This document shows, piece after piece, positions 30,704 to 41,499 of a stretch of DNA of 64,000 bases. Origin of the DNA: an uncultured Mycoplasmatota bacterium. GTDB lineage: Bacteria > Bacillota_I > Bacilli_A > RF39 > UBA660. Each line of letters starts with the position of its first letter. Within the stretch, counting starts at the first letter, position 1. The DNA is taken from NCBI GenBank assembly GCA_947571135.1, contig CANOWY010000005.1:479-64478 (forward strand). The letters run 5' to 3'. A program made the position numbers and the translations under genes. Under the pieces are notes generated by a model. It was not told where the DNA came from. It saw only the letters and a list, made by a program, of their open reading frames with translations, and ran no database searches.

Positions 30704-31363
30704 ATGTCATTAGTAAGTTCAGGAACAGGATATAATCAAGGAATAGTTCACGAATCCATTGGTAAGGTGAAAAATGCGTATGAAGAGTTGATTAATGCAA
30801 TTGGTAATCAGATGCAAAATGATTTTGTAGGAGGAATGTCTGACAAATGGGCTTGTCCAGATGCACAAAATTTTTTTAATACTTCTTTTAAACCTACTGT
30901 TGATCAATTGATTAAGGGTTCTAATACTACTTTTGATACGGTTGTTCGTTCCATGAATTCTGCAGGTTCTGCTTGGGCTGCTACTGTAGGTGGTACTTAT
31001 GATACTGTAACTTTTTCAACAATTAATAAAGAAATGGAGACAAGTTCTATTTTAGAAAATATTAATGGTATTCAAGGAATTGATGAAGTGGATACACCAA
31101 CTGTATTAAATCAGTTACCAGTCATTGCAGAGAATGCTAAAGTTGCTTTGGGAAATGCAGTGAGTGCTGTTCAAACAAGTGGATTTTTGGATTATGCAAA
31201 TATTCAGGCTGAAAATTTAATCAATTCATTAAATCAAATTAAAAATAATATTGATTCTGCAGTACAAACCATTACTACTGATTCTGATAGAGCCATTAAA
31301 AATACTATCGAAAGATATGGCGATACTAAAGGTAGAATTGCTGCTGCTTTTGCAGGAAATTAA
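30704..31363 (+). CDS. WXG100-like helical protein (W-x-C variant), possible T7SS substrate
   Basis: DKWACPDAQNFFNTSF parallels EsxA W-x-G...F...F core; strong RBS; followed by strong terminator. Confidence 0.4.
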   Translation: MSLVSSGTGYNQGIVHESIGKVKNAYEELINAIGNQMQNDFVGGMSDKWACPDAQNFFNTSFKPTVDQLIKGSNTTFDTVVRSMNSAGSAWAATVGGTYDTVTFSTINKEMETSSILENINGIQGIDEVDTPTVLNQLPVIAENAKVALGNAVSAVQTSGFLDYANIQAENLINSLNQIKNNIDSAVQTITTDSDRAIKNTIERYGDTKGRIAAAFAGN

Positions 31364-31389
31364 TTTAAGAAAAAATAATTTTTTCTTAA

Positions 31390-31420
31390 TATATGAAAAA
31401 TACGGATTTTCGTATTTTTT
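31390..31420 (+). terminator. Rho-independent terminator
   Basis: AAAATACG-GATT-TTCGTATTTTTT hairpin plus T-run. Confidence 0.55.
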
Positions 31421-31442
31421 ATATATTAGGGAAAATTGAGTG

Positions 31443-32012
31443 ATGGCTATGCAAATAAAAGTAAATCATTTAAAAACTTATTTAGATATGATTTCTAAAA
31501 AGTTAAAAAACTATGAAGAAGATTGTCGAAATTTTTATAATGAATTAAATAATATTTCTTCTTATTGGCAAGATAATCATGCAGAGAGATTTTTTGATAA
31601 TGTTTTGATAGAAAAAAACAAAATAGATACTATGCAAAATGAAATACTTTCTATAAAAGATGTATATAAATATATGGTAGAAAGTTATGAAAAAATTGGG
31701 AATAAGTTAGAATTTAATTTAGATTTAAAAGAAGATACTTTGTATCATATAGATACTTATATTGCTAAATTAGAAAATGTTATTTCTTCTTATAATCGTT
31801 TAAATTTAAGTTTCTGTCCGAAAGAAAAACAAATTTTAGAAAATCATAGACAAGAATTAATAAGGGAAGTAGAGTATGTACAAAAAGTAAAGGAAAATTT
31901 AAAGAAGATATTTGGCCAAATAGAAGAAATTGAAAAAAATATTCAATATAAACTTTCTAAGTTGAATTTAGAAGTAATAAAAGAAACGGATATTAGTGAA
32001 TTTATTGGGTGA
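31443..32012 (+). CDS. Helical WXG-like/Lap-like protein (hypothetical)
   Basis: SYWQDNHAERFFDNV motif analogous to WXG; coiled-coil rich. Confidence 0.35.
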   Translation: MAMQIKVNHLKTYLDMISKKLKNYEEDCRNFYNELNNISSYWQDNHAERFFDNVLIEKNKIDTMQNEILSIKDVYKYMVESYEKIGNKLEFNLDLKEDTLYHIDTYIAKLENVISSYNRLNLSFCPKEKQILENHRQELIREVEYVQKVKENLKKIFGQIEEIEKNIQYKLSKLNLEVIKETDISEFIG

Positions 32013-32016
32013 TAAT

Positions 32017-32325
32017 ATGAATTTTATTGATGAGGTACAATTAGAAGATAGTATAAAGAAACTTGTTATGTATAAAAATAATATCGATTTATCTTTTGAT
32101 GAAGTAAAGATAGTCTTAGGAAAAATGAATGATACTTTTGAAACTGGGAATAAGAAGGTATTTTTAGAACTTACAGATGATTTAGTACAGAAAAAAAGGA
32201 TTGTAACTAAAATACATAATGATAATTTATATGTATTAGAGAAAAATTTAGATAATTATCGTAGAACGGCAAAGGAAGTTTCTCATATATTTAATAATAT
32301 AGAGGAAAAAACGAAGGGATTATGA
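32017..32325 (+). CDS. Small helical protein (T7SS accessory candidate)
   Basis: Coupled to neighbours; no motif. Confidence 0.3.
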   Translation: MNFIDEVQLEDSIKKLVMYKNNIDLSFDEVKIVLGKMNDTFETGNKKVFLELTDDLVQKKRIVTKIHNDNLYVLEKNLDNYRRTAKEVSHIFNNIEEKTKGL

Positions 32326-32567
32326 TGGAAGACGAAATGAGAAGACAAAGATATCGGATTTTAAGAAAAAAGTTATATGGAATAAAAGAAGAAATAGAAG
32401 AATTAAATGAGACTTATGAAGAAGTTATAAGTTCTATGAAAAAAAGTTTACTTATTGATGATAAAATAGTAGAAGAAAGCACTATGGAAACTGTGAACAA
32501 AACTAATCATTCTATTTTAAATGATTTATCTATTAATATAATTCCATTGGTAAGTAGAAATTGTTAA
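32322..32567 (+). CDS. Small helical protein (T7SS accessory candidate)
   Basis: 4-nt overlap with upstream gene. Confidence 0.3.
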   Translation: MMEDEMRRQRYRILRKKLYGIKEEIEELNETYEEVISSMKKSLLIDDKIVEESTMETVNKTNHSILNDLSINIIPLVSRNC

Positions 32568-32622
32568 GTATTGATTTTTTATTAAAAAATCAGTACAATA
32601 TGCTTTGAAAAGAGGTTATTTT

Positions 32623-33306
32623 ATGGATAAAAAGAAAGTAATGCGTGCATTAATGCTTTCTCTTTGTATAGTCGCAGTAAATCCTAGTGAAGTTGAGGCT
32701 AAAGAAGAGAATACAAGCGGTTATTCTACGGAAGATTTGAAAGACAAAGCAAAAAGTTTTTTTAAGTGGACTGTTAATACTGCGGATGATATTAATAATA
32801 AGATTAATTCTAAATTAGATGAAGTTTCTTTATATAAAGAAGAATCTTTATGGTTAATTACAGATATGCCAAATGTAGATCCAAGTGAGGAACGTCATTA
32901 TTATTTTGTAGACAAATCAACTAAGTCCATTGTAAAAACGTTCTTTTATGATAAAAATGGTAATAAAGTGGAGAAAAATTCTTCAAAAGCAGTTCGTAAA
33001 GTAGAAACTCAAACGTATATGTATACTACTGTGAGTCATGGTGTAGAAGAAGAATTTGTGATTCAATTTGATTATGATTTGATACATAATACTTTTACGA
33101 CTAATTTTGTTGATTTTGGTGAAGATTATTTATGGGATCCAGACCTTACTGTAGAGTATGGAAGATTTGAAGATATATCTATGATTATTCCGGAAGATAT
33201 GCGTCTTCCTAAATATAGTGATGTAGATTTAGAAAATATTTTGGGAGTTATTAATGATTGCGATTATGAATTATTTCCTTCCAATTTAAAATTAGAATTG
33301 AAGTAG
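32623..33306 (+). CDS. Secreted protein with signal peptide (hypothetical)
   Basis: Signal peptide MRALMLSLCIVAVNPSEVEA; RBS AAGAGG. Confidence 0.5.
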   Translation: MDKKKVMRALMLSLCIVAVNPSEVEAKEENTSGYSTEDLKDKAKSFFKWTVNTADDINNKINSKLDEVSLYKEESLWLITDMPNVDPSEERHYYFVDKSTKSIVKTFFYDKNGNKVEKNSSKAVRKVETQTYMYTTVSHGVEEEFVIQFDYDLIHNTFTTNFVDFGEDYLWDPDLTVEYGRFEDISMIIPEDMRLPKYSDVDLENILGVINDCDYELFPSNLKLELK

Positions 33307-33387
33307 ATTTTTTTGAACAATTTCTATAAAAAATGGTATAAATTGGTTGACATTGGATATATATATAATATATAATCTAAATGTACT

Positions 33388-33463
33388 GCCCGATTAGCTC
33401 AGTCGGTAGAGCGCACGGCTGTTAACCGTTAGGTCGTAGGTTCGAGTCCTACATCGGGCGCCA
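33388..33463 (+). tRNA. tRNA-Asn (GTT), CCA encoded
   Basis: Cloverleaf: acceptor GCCCGAT/ATCGGGC, anticodon loop CTGTTAA, T-loop GGTTCGAGTCC. Confidence 0.9.
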
Positions 33464-33471
33464 TTAGAAAA

Positions 33472-33498
33472 TAAACTCCCTATTTTAGGGAGTTTTAT
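33472..33498 (+). terminator. Rho-independent terminator after tRNA-Asn
   Basis: AAACTCCCT-ATTTT-AGGGAGTTT hairpin + T. Confidence 0.6.
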
Positions 33499-33666
33499 TG
33501 TTATAAGTAACTCCTCTTAGATAGCGAAGTGATATGGTAAATGTAGATATGAAGAAACTCTTGTCTACTTTTTCTATGCTAGAATTAAATAAGTAGGGAT
33601 AAAATTACAAAAGTATTATAAAAACGTATAAATATATGCTATCCTATATTTAGAGAGTGAGATTTT

Positions 33667-34095
33667 ATGAAAAAAATTTTTATAATAGTTGGTATCTTAT
33701 TTTGCGTTATTATTGGGTGTGTAGTAATTAAAGAAATCATTAATTCAAATTTAAAATATTCACAAGAATATATTGTAGGAAAAGGCAATATTAAAGGTAA
33801 TGTTGCTATTGAATTCTTTACAAGCAAAAGTTTGGATTTTGATATTGGAGCCAATAAATATGGTTATGCCGTTTTTAAAAATCCAAGTAGGGCATTTAAA
33901 AAATTAAAGGAAGAGTATTCTACAGGAATAAAACTAATTCAAAAAGAATTTAAGTTATTTTCTTTAAATAATTTGAATTATAAAAAATATGGAATATATG
34001 GTTGGCAAGTAACAACAGGTACAGAGGAAGAGCAAGAACAAGCAAGATTTGTTTCATCATTTATGGATATTTATGAAAATAGTTTTAGTAAATAG
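33667..34095 (+). CDS. Small lipoprotein/signal-anchored protein (hypothetical)
   Basis: IFIIVGILFCVIIGC lipobox-like. Confidence 0.45.
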   Translation: MKKIFIIVGILFCVIIGCVVIKEIINSNLKYSQEYIVGKGNIKGNVAIEFFTSKSLDFDIGANKYGYAVFKNPSRAFKKLKEEYSTGIKLIQKEFKLFSLNNLNYKKYGIYGWQVTTGTEEEQEQARFVSSFMDIYENSFSK

Positions 34096-34117
34096 GTAAG
34101 TTGGAAGAACAGAATTT

Positions 34118-34206
34118 ATGAACAAGAAAATATTAGGTATTTTGATTTGTTAGGTTATGCTTTTAGGAGTGACTGGGTGTGGAAACAAAATAAAACAAAA
34201 GAAATG
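34118..34206 (+). pseudogene. Disrupted lipoprotein N-terminal remnant
   Basis: MNKKILGILIC then stop; next frame continues LLGVTGCGNK lipobox. Confidence 0.3.
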
Positions 34207-34336
34207 AATGAATTAGAAAAAGATATTCTACTAGGAGAATATGAAGAGAAAATAATCAATTTATGTTAACAATCGTTTAATAAGTTTCGAAGGTTTTTTT
34301 GTGTAAAAAAGAATCCTTAAAAGGATTCCGCTTGTT

Positions 34337-35074
34337 TTAGTCTTCTTTGAATATGAATTTATCTACAAGTGTTAAAAATCCAACTGAGAGTGCAAAGAAT
34401 AAAACGGTAGAAGCACCAAATTTTATAAAAAATAGTTTTGTAGCATTATTTTTTGACCACTCGTCATCAATAGTATATAAAACATAAGTATCTGATATAT
34501 TTTTTTCTTCTATTATAGTAGAAAGCATATTTTTGGCAGTACTAGATAATCCTGTTTTTCTTCCAAGTGGAAGCGTTATTGTTTCACCTTTTGCAATTTT
34601 ATTTGCAATTCCTCGATTCATTTGAGCAAGTATATTTGTTCCATCTTCTAGTTCGATAACATAATATCTTCTATAATTATCATCGTAATCAAATAACTCT
34701 GTTTGAACAGAGCGTCTTTTTCTACCAGCACCACCAGTACGACGTTTGGTATAATGATCTGCCCAATTGGCAAGACTATAAACGTTTGTTTTGGTAATAT
34801 TTACAGGAGTTACAGTTATGTATTCTGTTACATAAGTGTTTTCCCATTCTTCTTTAGTAGTAACATTTTTAATTCCTTCTCCTGCCTTTTTTCCAGAATA
34901 ATCTAGTGCTCTATTTGTTTCTATATCTGTTTGGGTAATGGTTTTGATTTGTTTTTCATAAAAAATATTTTCTAAGTCAAATTTGTAATAAAATATAATT
35001 GCAATTAACAGAAATAATACAATTAAAGTACCTTCTACGATTTTTTTAACTAAACTTTCTTCCATATTTATCAA
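34337..35074 (-). CDS. Membrane protein with N- and C-terminal TM helices (hypothetical)
   Basis: 245 aa; GGAGRKRR basic patch; bidirectional hairpin terminator at 34298-34335. Confidence 0.5.
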   Translation of the reverse strand: MINMEESLVKKIVEGTLIVLFLLIAIIFYYKFDLENIFYEKQIKTITQTDIETNRALDYSGKKAGEGIKNVTTKEEWENTYVTEYITVTPVNITKTNVYSLANWADHYTKRRTGGAGRKRRSVQTELFDYDDNYRRYYVIELEDGTNILAQMNRGIANKIAKGETITLPLGRKTGLSSTAKNMLSTIIEEKNISDTYVLYTIDDEWSKNNATKLFFIKFGASTVLFFALSVGFLTLVDKFIFKED

Positions 35075-35389
35075 ACTCTCTTTCTTTTTACAGTATAGAT
35101 TATAGCATGTCTATTTTGGACTGTAAATTTTTCTGGAAAGGATTTGATAAAAATTTTTTCTTTTGGGTACTATTTTTTTTATTCAATCTCTTTTTTCACT
35201 GGTGTAAAAATTATAAAAAAATTACTTTTCGAGATTTCGTTTAAGAAATTTTACTATTTCTTCTAGGAAAATTTTGCTTTTTTTCCTAGGGTAATTTTCT
35301 ATTTTCGTGATTTGCATTTTAAAAAAATAGGTGTATAATGGAAGGCAATCGGCATAAATATGTAATAGTCGTCGAAAAAGGAGAGACAA

Positions 35390-37699
35390 ATGTTAGAATT
35401 AAAAGAGATTAAAAAAAGTTATACAACAGGTGATTTTACGCAGCAAGCATTGAAAGGCGTAAATCTAAAGTTTCGTAAAAATGAGTTTGTTGCGATTTTA
35501 GGCCCAAGTGGTAGTGGAAAAACGACTCTTTTAAATATTGTAGGTGGTTTGGATCGTTATGATTCTGGAGATTTAATTATTAATGCTCATTCTACAAAAA
35601 AGTTTAAGGATCAAACTTGGGACGCTTATCGAAATAATTGTATTGGTTTTATTTTTCAAAGTTATAATTTAATTCCTCATATTAGTATTTTAGCCAATGT
35701 GGAAATGGGAATGACTTTGAGTGGCATTTCTAAAAAGAAAAGACATAATAAAGCAAAAAAAGTATTAGAACGTGTTGGACTTAAAGAGCATATTCATAAA
35801 AAGCCAAATCAATTATCTGGGGGGCAAATGCAGCGTGTTGCTATTGCAAGAGCACTTGCAAATGATCCTGATATTATTTTGGCAGATGAACCTACTGGCG
35901 CTCTCGATACTAAAACTAGTGTTCAAATTATGGAACTCATTAAAGAGATTGCTAAAGATAAATTAGTGATTATGGTTACACATAATCCAGATCTTGCCAA
36001 AAGTTATGCTAATCGTGTAATTGAAATGCGTGATGGAGAAGTTTTAAATGATTCTAATCCGATAAAAGAAAAAGAACGTGACGATAAGGAATATAAAATT
36101 AAACGTACTTCTATGAAATTTTTATCAGCATTAAATTTGAGTTTAAATAATATCAAAACAAAAAAAGGGCGTACTATTTTAACTGCATTTGCATCTAGTA
36201 TTGGAATTATTGGTATTGCTTCTATTTTAAGTTTATCTAATGGTTTTGATCGCCAAATTGATATTTTTGAGAGAAATACACTTTCTTCTATGCCTATTAT
36301 TATAAGTAGTCAAGCCATGAATTTAGATGAAGAAACTATGAATGATATGCAAAATTCTGTGAAAACGACAGATGAAGATTATCCAAGCGTTGATTATGTG
36401 ATTCCAGATAAAACTATGGAAGAGACGTTTACTCATAAAAATAATATTACAAAAGAGTATGTGGAATATATTGAAGCATCAGATTCTAATATCGTGAGTG
36501 GGATTTCTTATAATCGTTACATAGGGCTTAATTTGATTAATAAGATTGATGGAAAAGTAAAAATGCTTTCTATTGGAAACAATATGGGTAGTGTGCCAAA
36601 AAGTTTGAATACGGATAGAGAAAGTGTAATTGCTGAAAAATACGATATATTAGCAGGGAAAGAAGCAACTGAAAAAGAAGAACTTGTTTTAATTGTGGAT
36701 AGTAAGAACCATGTGACAGAAGATATTCTAGAGGCATTAGGACTTGATAAAACAAAAGAAAATATAAGTTTTGAAGATATTTTAAATAGTGAAATAAAAT
36801 TAGTCTTAAACGACAACTACTATGTAAAGGTTGGAGATTACTTTACGATAAATTCTGATTTAGACAAACTCTATACAGATAAAGATACAATGACTTTAAA
36901 GGTAGTGGGAATCGTACGTTTAAAAGATGATTTTCCAAGTTATGTACAATCTTCTGCTTTGACTTATACAGAGAAACTAATTGATTATATTATATCTGTA
37001 AATAAAGAGTCGAAAATTGTCAAGGCACAATCAAATGCTAAGTATAATGTGTTAACGGGAGAAACATTTGATTTAGCAACAGAAGAAGGGCAAGAATTAA
37101 AAACAAAGACACTTGCGTATTTAGGAGATGAAGCAGTTCCCTTTATGATTCAAGTGTATCCAAGAGATTTTAATGCGAAAGAAGATTTGCTTGCTTATTT
37201 AGATAAATATAATGAAGGAAAGTCAGTAGAAGAACAAGTTGTTTATACAGACCAAGCCGAAATTATTTCTTCTTTGTCTGGAAGTATTATGGATGCCATT
37301 ACAATAGTTTTAATTGCTTTTAGTGCCATTAGTTTAATTGTTTCTTCTATTATGATTGGAATTATTATGTATATTTCTGTTTTAGAAAGAACAAAAGAAA
37401 TTGGTATCTTAAGGAGTTTAGGGGCTCGTAAAAAGGATATTTCTCGTGTATTTAATGCAGAGACCTTTATTATTGGTATGTCTAGTGGTATTTTAGGAAT
37501 TGTGATTACGAGACTCTTGTTAATTCCTGCCAACCAAGTTCTATATAACTTAACAGATTTAAAAAATGTAGCGGTTTTAAATCCGGTGCATGCAATTATA
37601 TTAATTATGGTTAGTTTAGTTTTAACTTTAATTGGAGGAGCGTTGCCTGCTAAAATAGCAAGTAAGAAAGACCCAGTTATTGCGCTTAGAACAGAATAG
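35390..37699 (+). CDS. ABC transporter, fused ATP-binding and FtsX-type permease (MacB-like)
   Basis: Walker [10 protein letters not shown], signature [15 protein letters not shown], Walker [12 protein letters not shown]; C-terminal FtsX TM bundle; extended -10 TGTGTATAAT upstream. Confidence 0.9.
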   Translation: MLELKEIKKSYTTGDFTQQALKGVNLKFRKNEFVAILGPSGSGKTTLLNIVGGLDRYDSGDLIINAHSTKKFKDQTWDAYRNNCIGFIFQSYNLIPHISILANVEMGMTLSGISKKKRHNKAKKVLERVGLKEHIHKKPNQLSGGQMQRVAIARALANDPDIILADEPTGALDTKTSVQIMELIKEIAKDKLVIMVTHNPDLAKSYANRVIEMRDGEVLNDSNPIKEKERDDKEYKIKRTSMKFLSALNLSLNNIKTKKGRTILTAFASSIGIIGIASILSLSNGFDRQIDIFERNTLSSMPIIISSQAMNLDEETMNDMQNSVKTTDEDYPSVDYVIPDKTMEETFTHKNNITKEYVEYIEASDSNIVSGISYNRYIGLNLINKIDGKVKMLSIGNNMGSVPKSLNTDRESVIAEKYDILAGKEATEKEELVLIVDSKNHVTEDILEALGLDKTKENISFEDILNSEIKLVLNDNYYVKVGDYFTINSDLDKLYTDKDTMTLKVVGIVRLKDDFPSYVQSSALTYTEKLIDYIISVNKESKIVKAQSNAKYNVLTGETFDLATEEGQELKTKTLAYLGDEAVPFMIQVYPRDFNAKEDLLAYLDKYNEGKSVEEQVVYTDQAEIISSLSGSIMDAITIVLIAFSAISLIVSSIMIGIIMYISVLERTKEIGILRSLGARKKDISRVFNAETFIIGMSSGILGIVITRLLLIPANQVLYNLTDLKNVAVLNPVHAIILIMVSLVLTLIGGALPAKIASKKDPVIALRTE

Positions 37700-37923
37700 G
37701 AAGTGAAGGTCACTTTCTTTTTTTCTTTATGGAGAATATCCAATTATAGGATAAACAATAAAATATAGGTTTAAGTTTAAAAAAGGCGATACTGTCTTAT
37801 AAACTTTTTCTTTTCTAGTAATTAGCAACCAATATTAAAAAGAGTTGTTTTTAATTGCTAAAATATTAGTTTTTATTTAGTACTTGACATAACATAGTAC
37901 TGGTTGTAATATAATGCTATGAG

Positions 37924-38256
37924 GTGATGTTTATAAATACTCAATTTAAAAAGGGTGTTTTGGAACTACTCGTGCTTTTAATTGTTGAAAAGAAGGATAA
38001 ATATGGTTATGAACTTGTTGAAGAAGTAAGTAAAATTGTAGATGTAAACGAAGGCACTATCTATCCGATTTTAAAACGATTAACGAATGAAGGTTATTTT
38101 GAAACGTATTTGGAAGAATCGAAGGAAGGACCTATACGAAAATACTATCATATAACAGCACTTGGGAAGAAACGCTCGAAAGAACAAAAGAAAGAATGGA
38201 ATAATTTTGCAAGTAGTGTAAATGATTTTATTAAAGGGAGTGAGAAAAATGAGTAA
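37924..38256 (+). CDS. PadR-family transcriptional regulator
   Basis: [12 protein letters not shown]...EGTIYPILKRLTNEGY PadR signature. Confidence 0.8.
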   Translation: MMFINTQFKKGVLELLVLLIVEKKDKYGYELVEEVSKIVDVNEGTIYPILKRLTNEGYFETYLEESKEGPIRKYYHITALGKKRSKEQKKEWNNFASSVNDFIKGSEKNE

Positions 38257-39751
38257 AGAAAAGTTTTTGGAGAGTTTGCGTAAGAAATTATCTATTTTAG
38301 AAGAAAGTGAAATAGAAGATATTTTAAGTGAATATGAAGGTTACATTGAAGAAAAAATTAAAAAAGGCTCTAGTGAAGAAGAGGCCGTAAAATCTATGGG
38401 AAATATTGATGAGTTAGCAAGAGACTTATTGAGTGCTTATAAAATTAAAAATCCTAATGGAAAAGAGCATGATGGAATTAGTAGTTTAGTAGATAGTTTT
38501 ATAAATATATTTGATAGAATTATTTCTGTGTTTGCACATAAAAGTTTTAATGAAATTGTCAAATTTGTTATAGAATTGATTTTTATCTTTTTAATTATTG
38601 CAGTATGTAAAATTCCTTTTGAAATTATTGGAAGTATGGGAAGAGGCATTTTTTCTTCTTTTGGGAATACTAGTTTTCATATATTGTTTGGTGTGTGGAA
38701 TTTTATTTTGGAATGTGCTTATTTAATCTTTGCTATTCTGTTGTTTATTAAAATTTTTGAAAGCCGTTATTTGAATGGAGAATACGAGAGTATATTTACA
38801 TCTGAAGAAAAGGAAGATTCTAAGAAGGAAAATAAAGAAGAAAGTAAACAGGTGAATAAAGAAGAAAAAAAAGGTAAAGAAAAAATTGTTTATAAAGAAA
38901 AGAGAGAACGTCAAAATTGGGGGATTATTGATGCCTTAACAAAAGTCTGCATTTGGTTTATGAAATTTATTTTGTTATTTTTCTTATTTGGTATTGCTTG
39001 TTTTGTTATTGGTATGGCTATGACACTTGGAATTGCTGCTTATTTCTTTATTAAAGGAGTGTTCTATTTTGGAATTTATCTTATTTTAATTGCTTTATTT
39101 GTTATTGGGATTATTGCTTTTATTTTCTTATTTAACTTTATTTTTGATCATAAAAATAAGGTAGGAATTTTACTCATTGTCTCTTTAGTCAGTTTTGTGT
39201 TGTTGGGAATCGGTACAGGAATTTGTGCTTTGGAATTTGCGAGTACTACAATTGTTTACAATGAAAATAGTGATAAAAATGCAACGGCTTCTTATACCTA
39301 TGAAATGCAAGATAATTTGGTTCTTGAATGGAATTTAGAAAGAGATGAAATACAAATTGATGATACTTTAGGAAATAAGATTTATTTTGAATACAAATAC
39401 AATGATTCTTATTATCAAATAGAGGCCAATAAAAATATAAATCATCGTCATGGTTATGAAGTGCTATATTATTGGTATTATGTAAAAAGATTTACCTATA
39501 AAAAGGATTATTTTGAAAAGTTTTTACAAGATTTGAGAGATAAAACCATCTATGTTAATGGAGATAATGTTGGGATTGTTTTACATATGAGTAAAAAAAC
39601 GTATGATAAATTATTAGAGAATAAAAAGAAGTATGATAATTATGTCGAATTTAAAAATATGGATTTAGAGGATGTATGTGAAGAATTACATGATAAAGGG
39701 TATGCATTACCCAACTACTGTACAGAACTAGATGACTATCAAAGAATGTAA
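38249..39751 (+). CDS. PadR-associated DUF1700 (HAAS) membrane sensor protein with large C-terminal extracytoplasmic domain
   Basis: N-terminal [38 protein letters not shown]1700 pattern, polytopic middle; overlaps padR by 8 nt. Confidence 0.65.
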   Translation: MSKEKFLESLRKKLSILEESEIEDILSEYEGYIEEKIKKGSSEEEAVKSMGNIDELARDLLSAYKIKNPNGKEHDGISSLVDSFINIFDRIISVFAHKSFNEIVKFVIELIFIFLIIAVCKIPFEIIGSMGRGIFSSFGNTSFHILFGVWNFILECAYLIFAILLFIKIFESRYLNGEYESIFTSEEKEDSKKENKEESKQVNKEEKKGKEKIVYKEKRERQNWGIIDALTKVCIWFMKFILLFFLFGIACFVIGMAMTLGIAAYFFIKGVFYFGIYLILIALFVIGIIAFIFLFNFIFDHKNKVGILLIVSLVSFVLLGIGTGICALEFASTTIVYNENSDKNATASYTYEMQDNLVLEWNLERDEIQIDDTLGNKIYFEYKYNDSYYQIEANKNINHRHGYEVLYYWYYVKRFTYKKDYFEKFLQDLRDKTIYVNGDNVGIVLHMSKKTYDKLLENKKKYDNYVEFKNMDLEDVCEELHDKGYALPNYCTELDDYQRM

Positions 39752-39822
39752 AATTTAAGGAAAAAGAAGAATTATTTTTGTTCTTCTTTTTTGGTTATGA
39801 TACAATAATTATGGTGAATACT

Positions 39823-40755
39823 ATGAATGAAGAAAAAATTAGTATGATAGAACGATATGGGGAGAATTTTACTAAAAAAGAATTTATTACGGATCCCGCG
39901 ATAGCAAGAGAGGATGAGATAAAGCAATGTATGCTTATATTACTTACTCCTGAAAAAAGTGCTCTTTTAGTAGGAAAACCTGGTATAGGTAAAACGGCGA
40001 TTGTTGAGGGAATTGCTTATCGTATTCAAAAGGGTTTGGTTCCAGATGTCTTAAAGGATTGGGAACTAATTAAAATTAATATTACCTCTTTACTTGGTTC
40101 TAGTATTAGTGAAGGACAAGTAGAGAATAGAATTGATTTACTAGTAAAAGAGTTAGAAACTCGTGATAAGACAATTTTGTTTATTGATGAAACACATGTT
40201 TTGGTAAATAAAAATACAGCCCAGAATGGTGGAATTGACTTTGCTAATATGTTGAAATCTGGACTTGATCGTGGTGCTATTAAAATGGTAGGGGCAACAA
40301 CTACAGAAGAATATGAACAATATATTTTACGTGATAGGGCTTTCTTACGTCGTTTCCAAAAGGTAGATGTAATGGAAAGTGATCAGCCAACTACTGTCAA
40401 AATTTTAATGGGAACTTATCCAAAACTAGAGAAAAAAATTGGCGTGAAACTAAATTATACCGATTTCATTAAAGAAAAGATTATGGCTTTTATTGTAGAG
40501 ATGACTGATGAATATAAACGTGTATATGAAGTAGCAGCAAGGTATCCCGATATTTGTTTAACAATATTACAAAACGCATTCAGTTATGCACTTTTTGATA
40601 ATGAAAGTGAAGTAAAAATAAAGCACGTGTATAAAGCAGTTTGTAATGCTAGAAATATATATGAAGATGCAAAAGTGAAAGAAATTGCTAGATTTAAGGA
40701 AGTATTTGCAGATTTAATACGGGAAGAAAACGTAGATTTAGAGGATACAGATTAG
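39823..40755 (+). CDS. Stand-alone Clp/Hsp100 D1-like AAA+ ATPase domain protein
   Basis: Walker [21 protein letters not shown], Walker B ILFIDETH, sensor [27 protein letters not shown] identical in layout to ClpA/B D1; no N-domain or D2; upstream hairpin terminator 39763-39795 overlaps the longer ORF so ATG 39823 chosen. Confidence 0.65.
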   Translation: MNEEKISMIERYGENFTKKEFITDPAIAREDEIKQCMLILLTPEKSALLVGKPGIGKTAIVEGIAYRIQKGLVPDVLKDWELIKINITSLLGSSISEGQVENRIDLLVKELETRDKTILFIDETHVLVNKNTAQNGGIDFANMLKSGLDRGAIKMVGATTTEEYEQYILRDRAFLRRFQKVDVMESDQPTTVKILMGTYPKLEKKIGVKLNYTDFIKEKIMAFIVEMTDEYKRVYEVAARYPDICLTILQNAFSYALFDNESEVKIKHVYKAVCNARNIYEDAKVKEIARFKEVFADLIREENVDLEDTD

Positions 40756-40764
40756 GAGGTATTT

Positions 40765-41085
40765 ATGAAGGTTATAACCGTTTGTGGGAGTTTAAGATTT
40801 CAAAGGGAAATGGAAGAAATTGCACTTAAATTAGAACTTGAAGGAAATTGTGTTTTATTACCTATATTTCCTATTAATGGAGATAAAGATAATTATACAG
40901 AAGAAGAAATGAACATACTTGGTAAAATGCATTATGAAAGGATTAAAATTTCGGATGCAATTCTAGTTGTCAATGTAGATAACTATATAGGAAGTAGTAC
41001 AAAAAGTGAAATTGAATATGCTAAAAGTTTAAATAAAGAAATTATGTATTATATGGATTTTTCAAATAATACTAATGATAAGTAA
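40765..41085 (+). CDS. DNPH1/Rcl-like nucleoside 2-deoxyribosyltransferase-family protein
   Basis: N-terminal VITVCGSLRF (cf. YFCGSIRGG) and C-terminal ILVVNVDNYIGSSTKSEIEYAKSLNKEI (D..GT.FE.G.A..GKP pattern); strong RBS AGGAGG. Confidence 0.55.
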   Translation: MKVITVCGSLRFQREMEEIALKLELEGNCVLLPIFPINGDKDNYTEEEMNILGKMHYERIKISDAILVVNVDNYIGSSTKSEIEYAKSLNKEIMYYMDFSNNTNDK

Positions 41086-41499
41086 ATGGGTACAAGTATG
41101 AAAAAAGTAGTAATTGCTGGGAGTGCTAAACTTCAAAAAGAAGTGAATAAATGGATAGACTTTTTTGAAAGTAAGAACTATGAAGTATTAGATTATCCAA
41201 AAACGATTGAAGTTTCAAGATTTATGGAATTATACCCAAATGTACATACTGAATTTTTAGAAAACATCACCAAAACAGATATGTTATTTATAATGAATGA
41301 AGATAAGAATGGAAAACTAGGATATATTGGATATGAGGCATATGCAGAATTGCTTTTTGGACTATCTCAAAAATTGGTTTATAAAAAAGATATTGAACTA
41401 GTAATTTTAAAAATGCCAAGTACTGATGTAGGATGTTATGAAGAACTAGATTTATGGTTAAAACTTGGATGGATAAAATTATATGAGGAGGAAACCTAG
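41086..41499 (+). CDS. Second NDT/DNPH1-like small protein (divergent)
   Basis: VVIAGSAKLQ N-terminus and LFIMNEDKNGKLGYIGYEAYAELLFG; starts at nt after upstream stop. Confidence 0.4.
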   Translation: MGTSMKKVVIAGSAKLQKEVNKWIDFFESKNYEVLDYPKTIEVSRFMELYPNVHTEFLENITKTDMLFIMNEDKNGKLGYIGYEAYAELLFGLSQKLVYKKDIELVILKMPSTDVGCYEELDLWLKLGWIKLYEEET

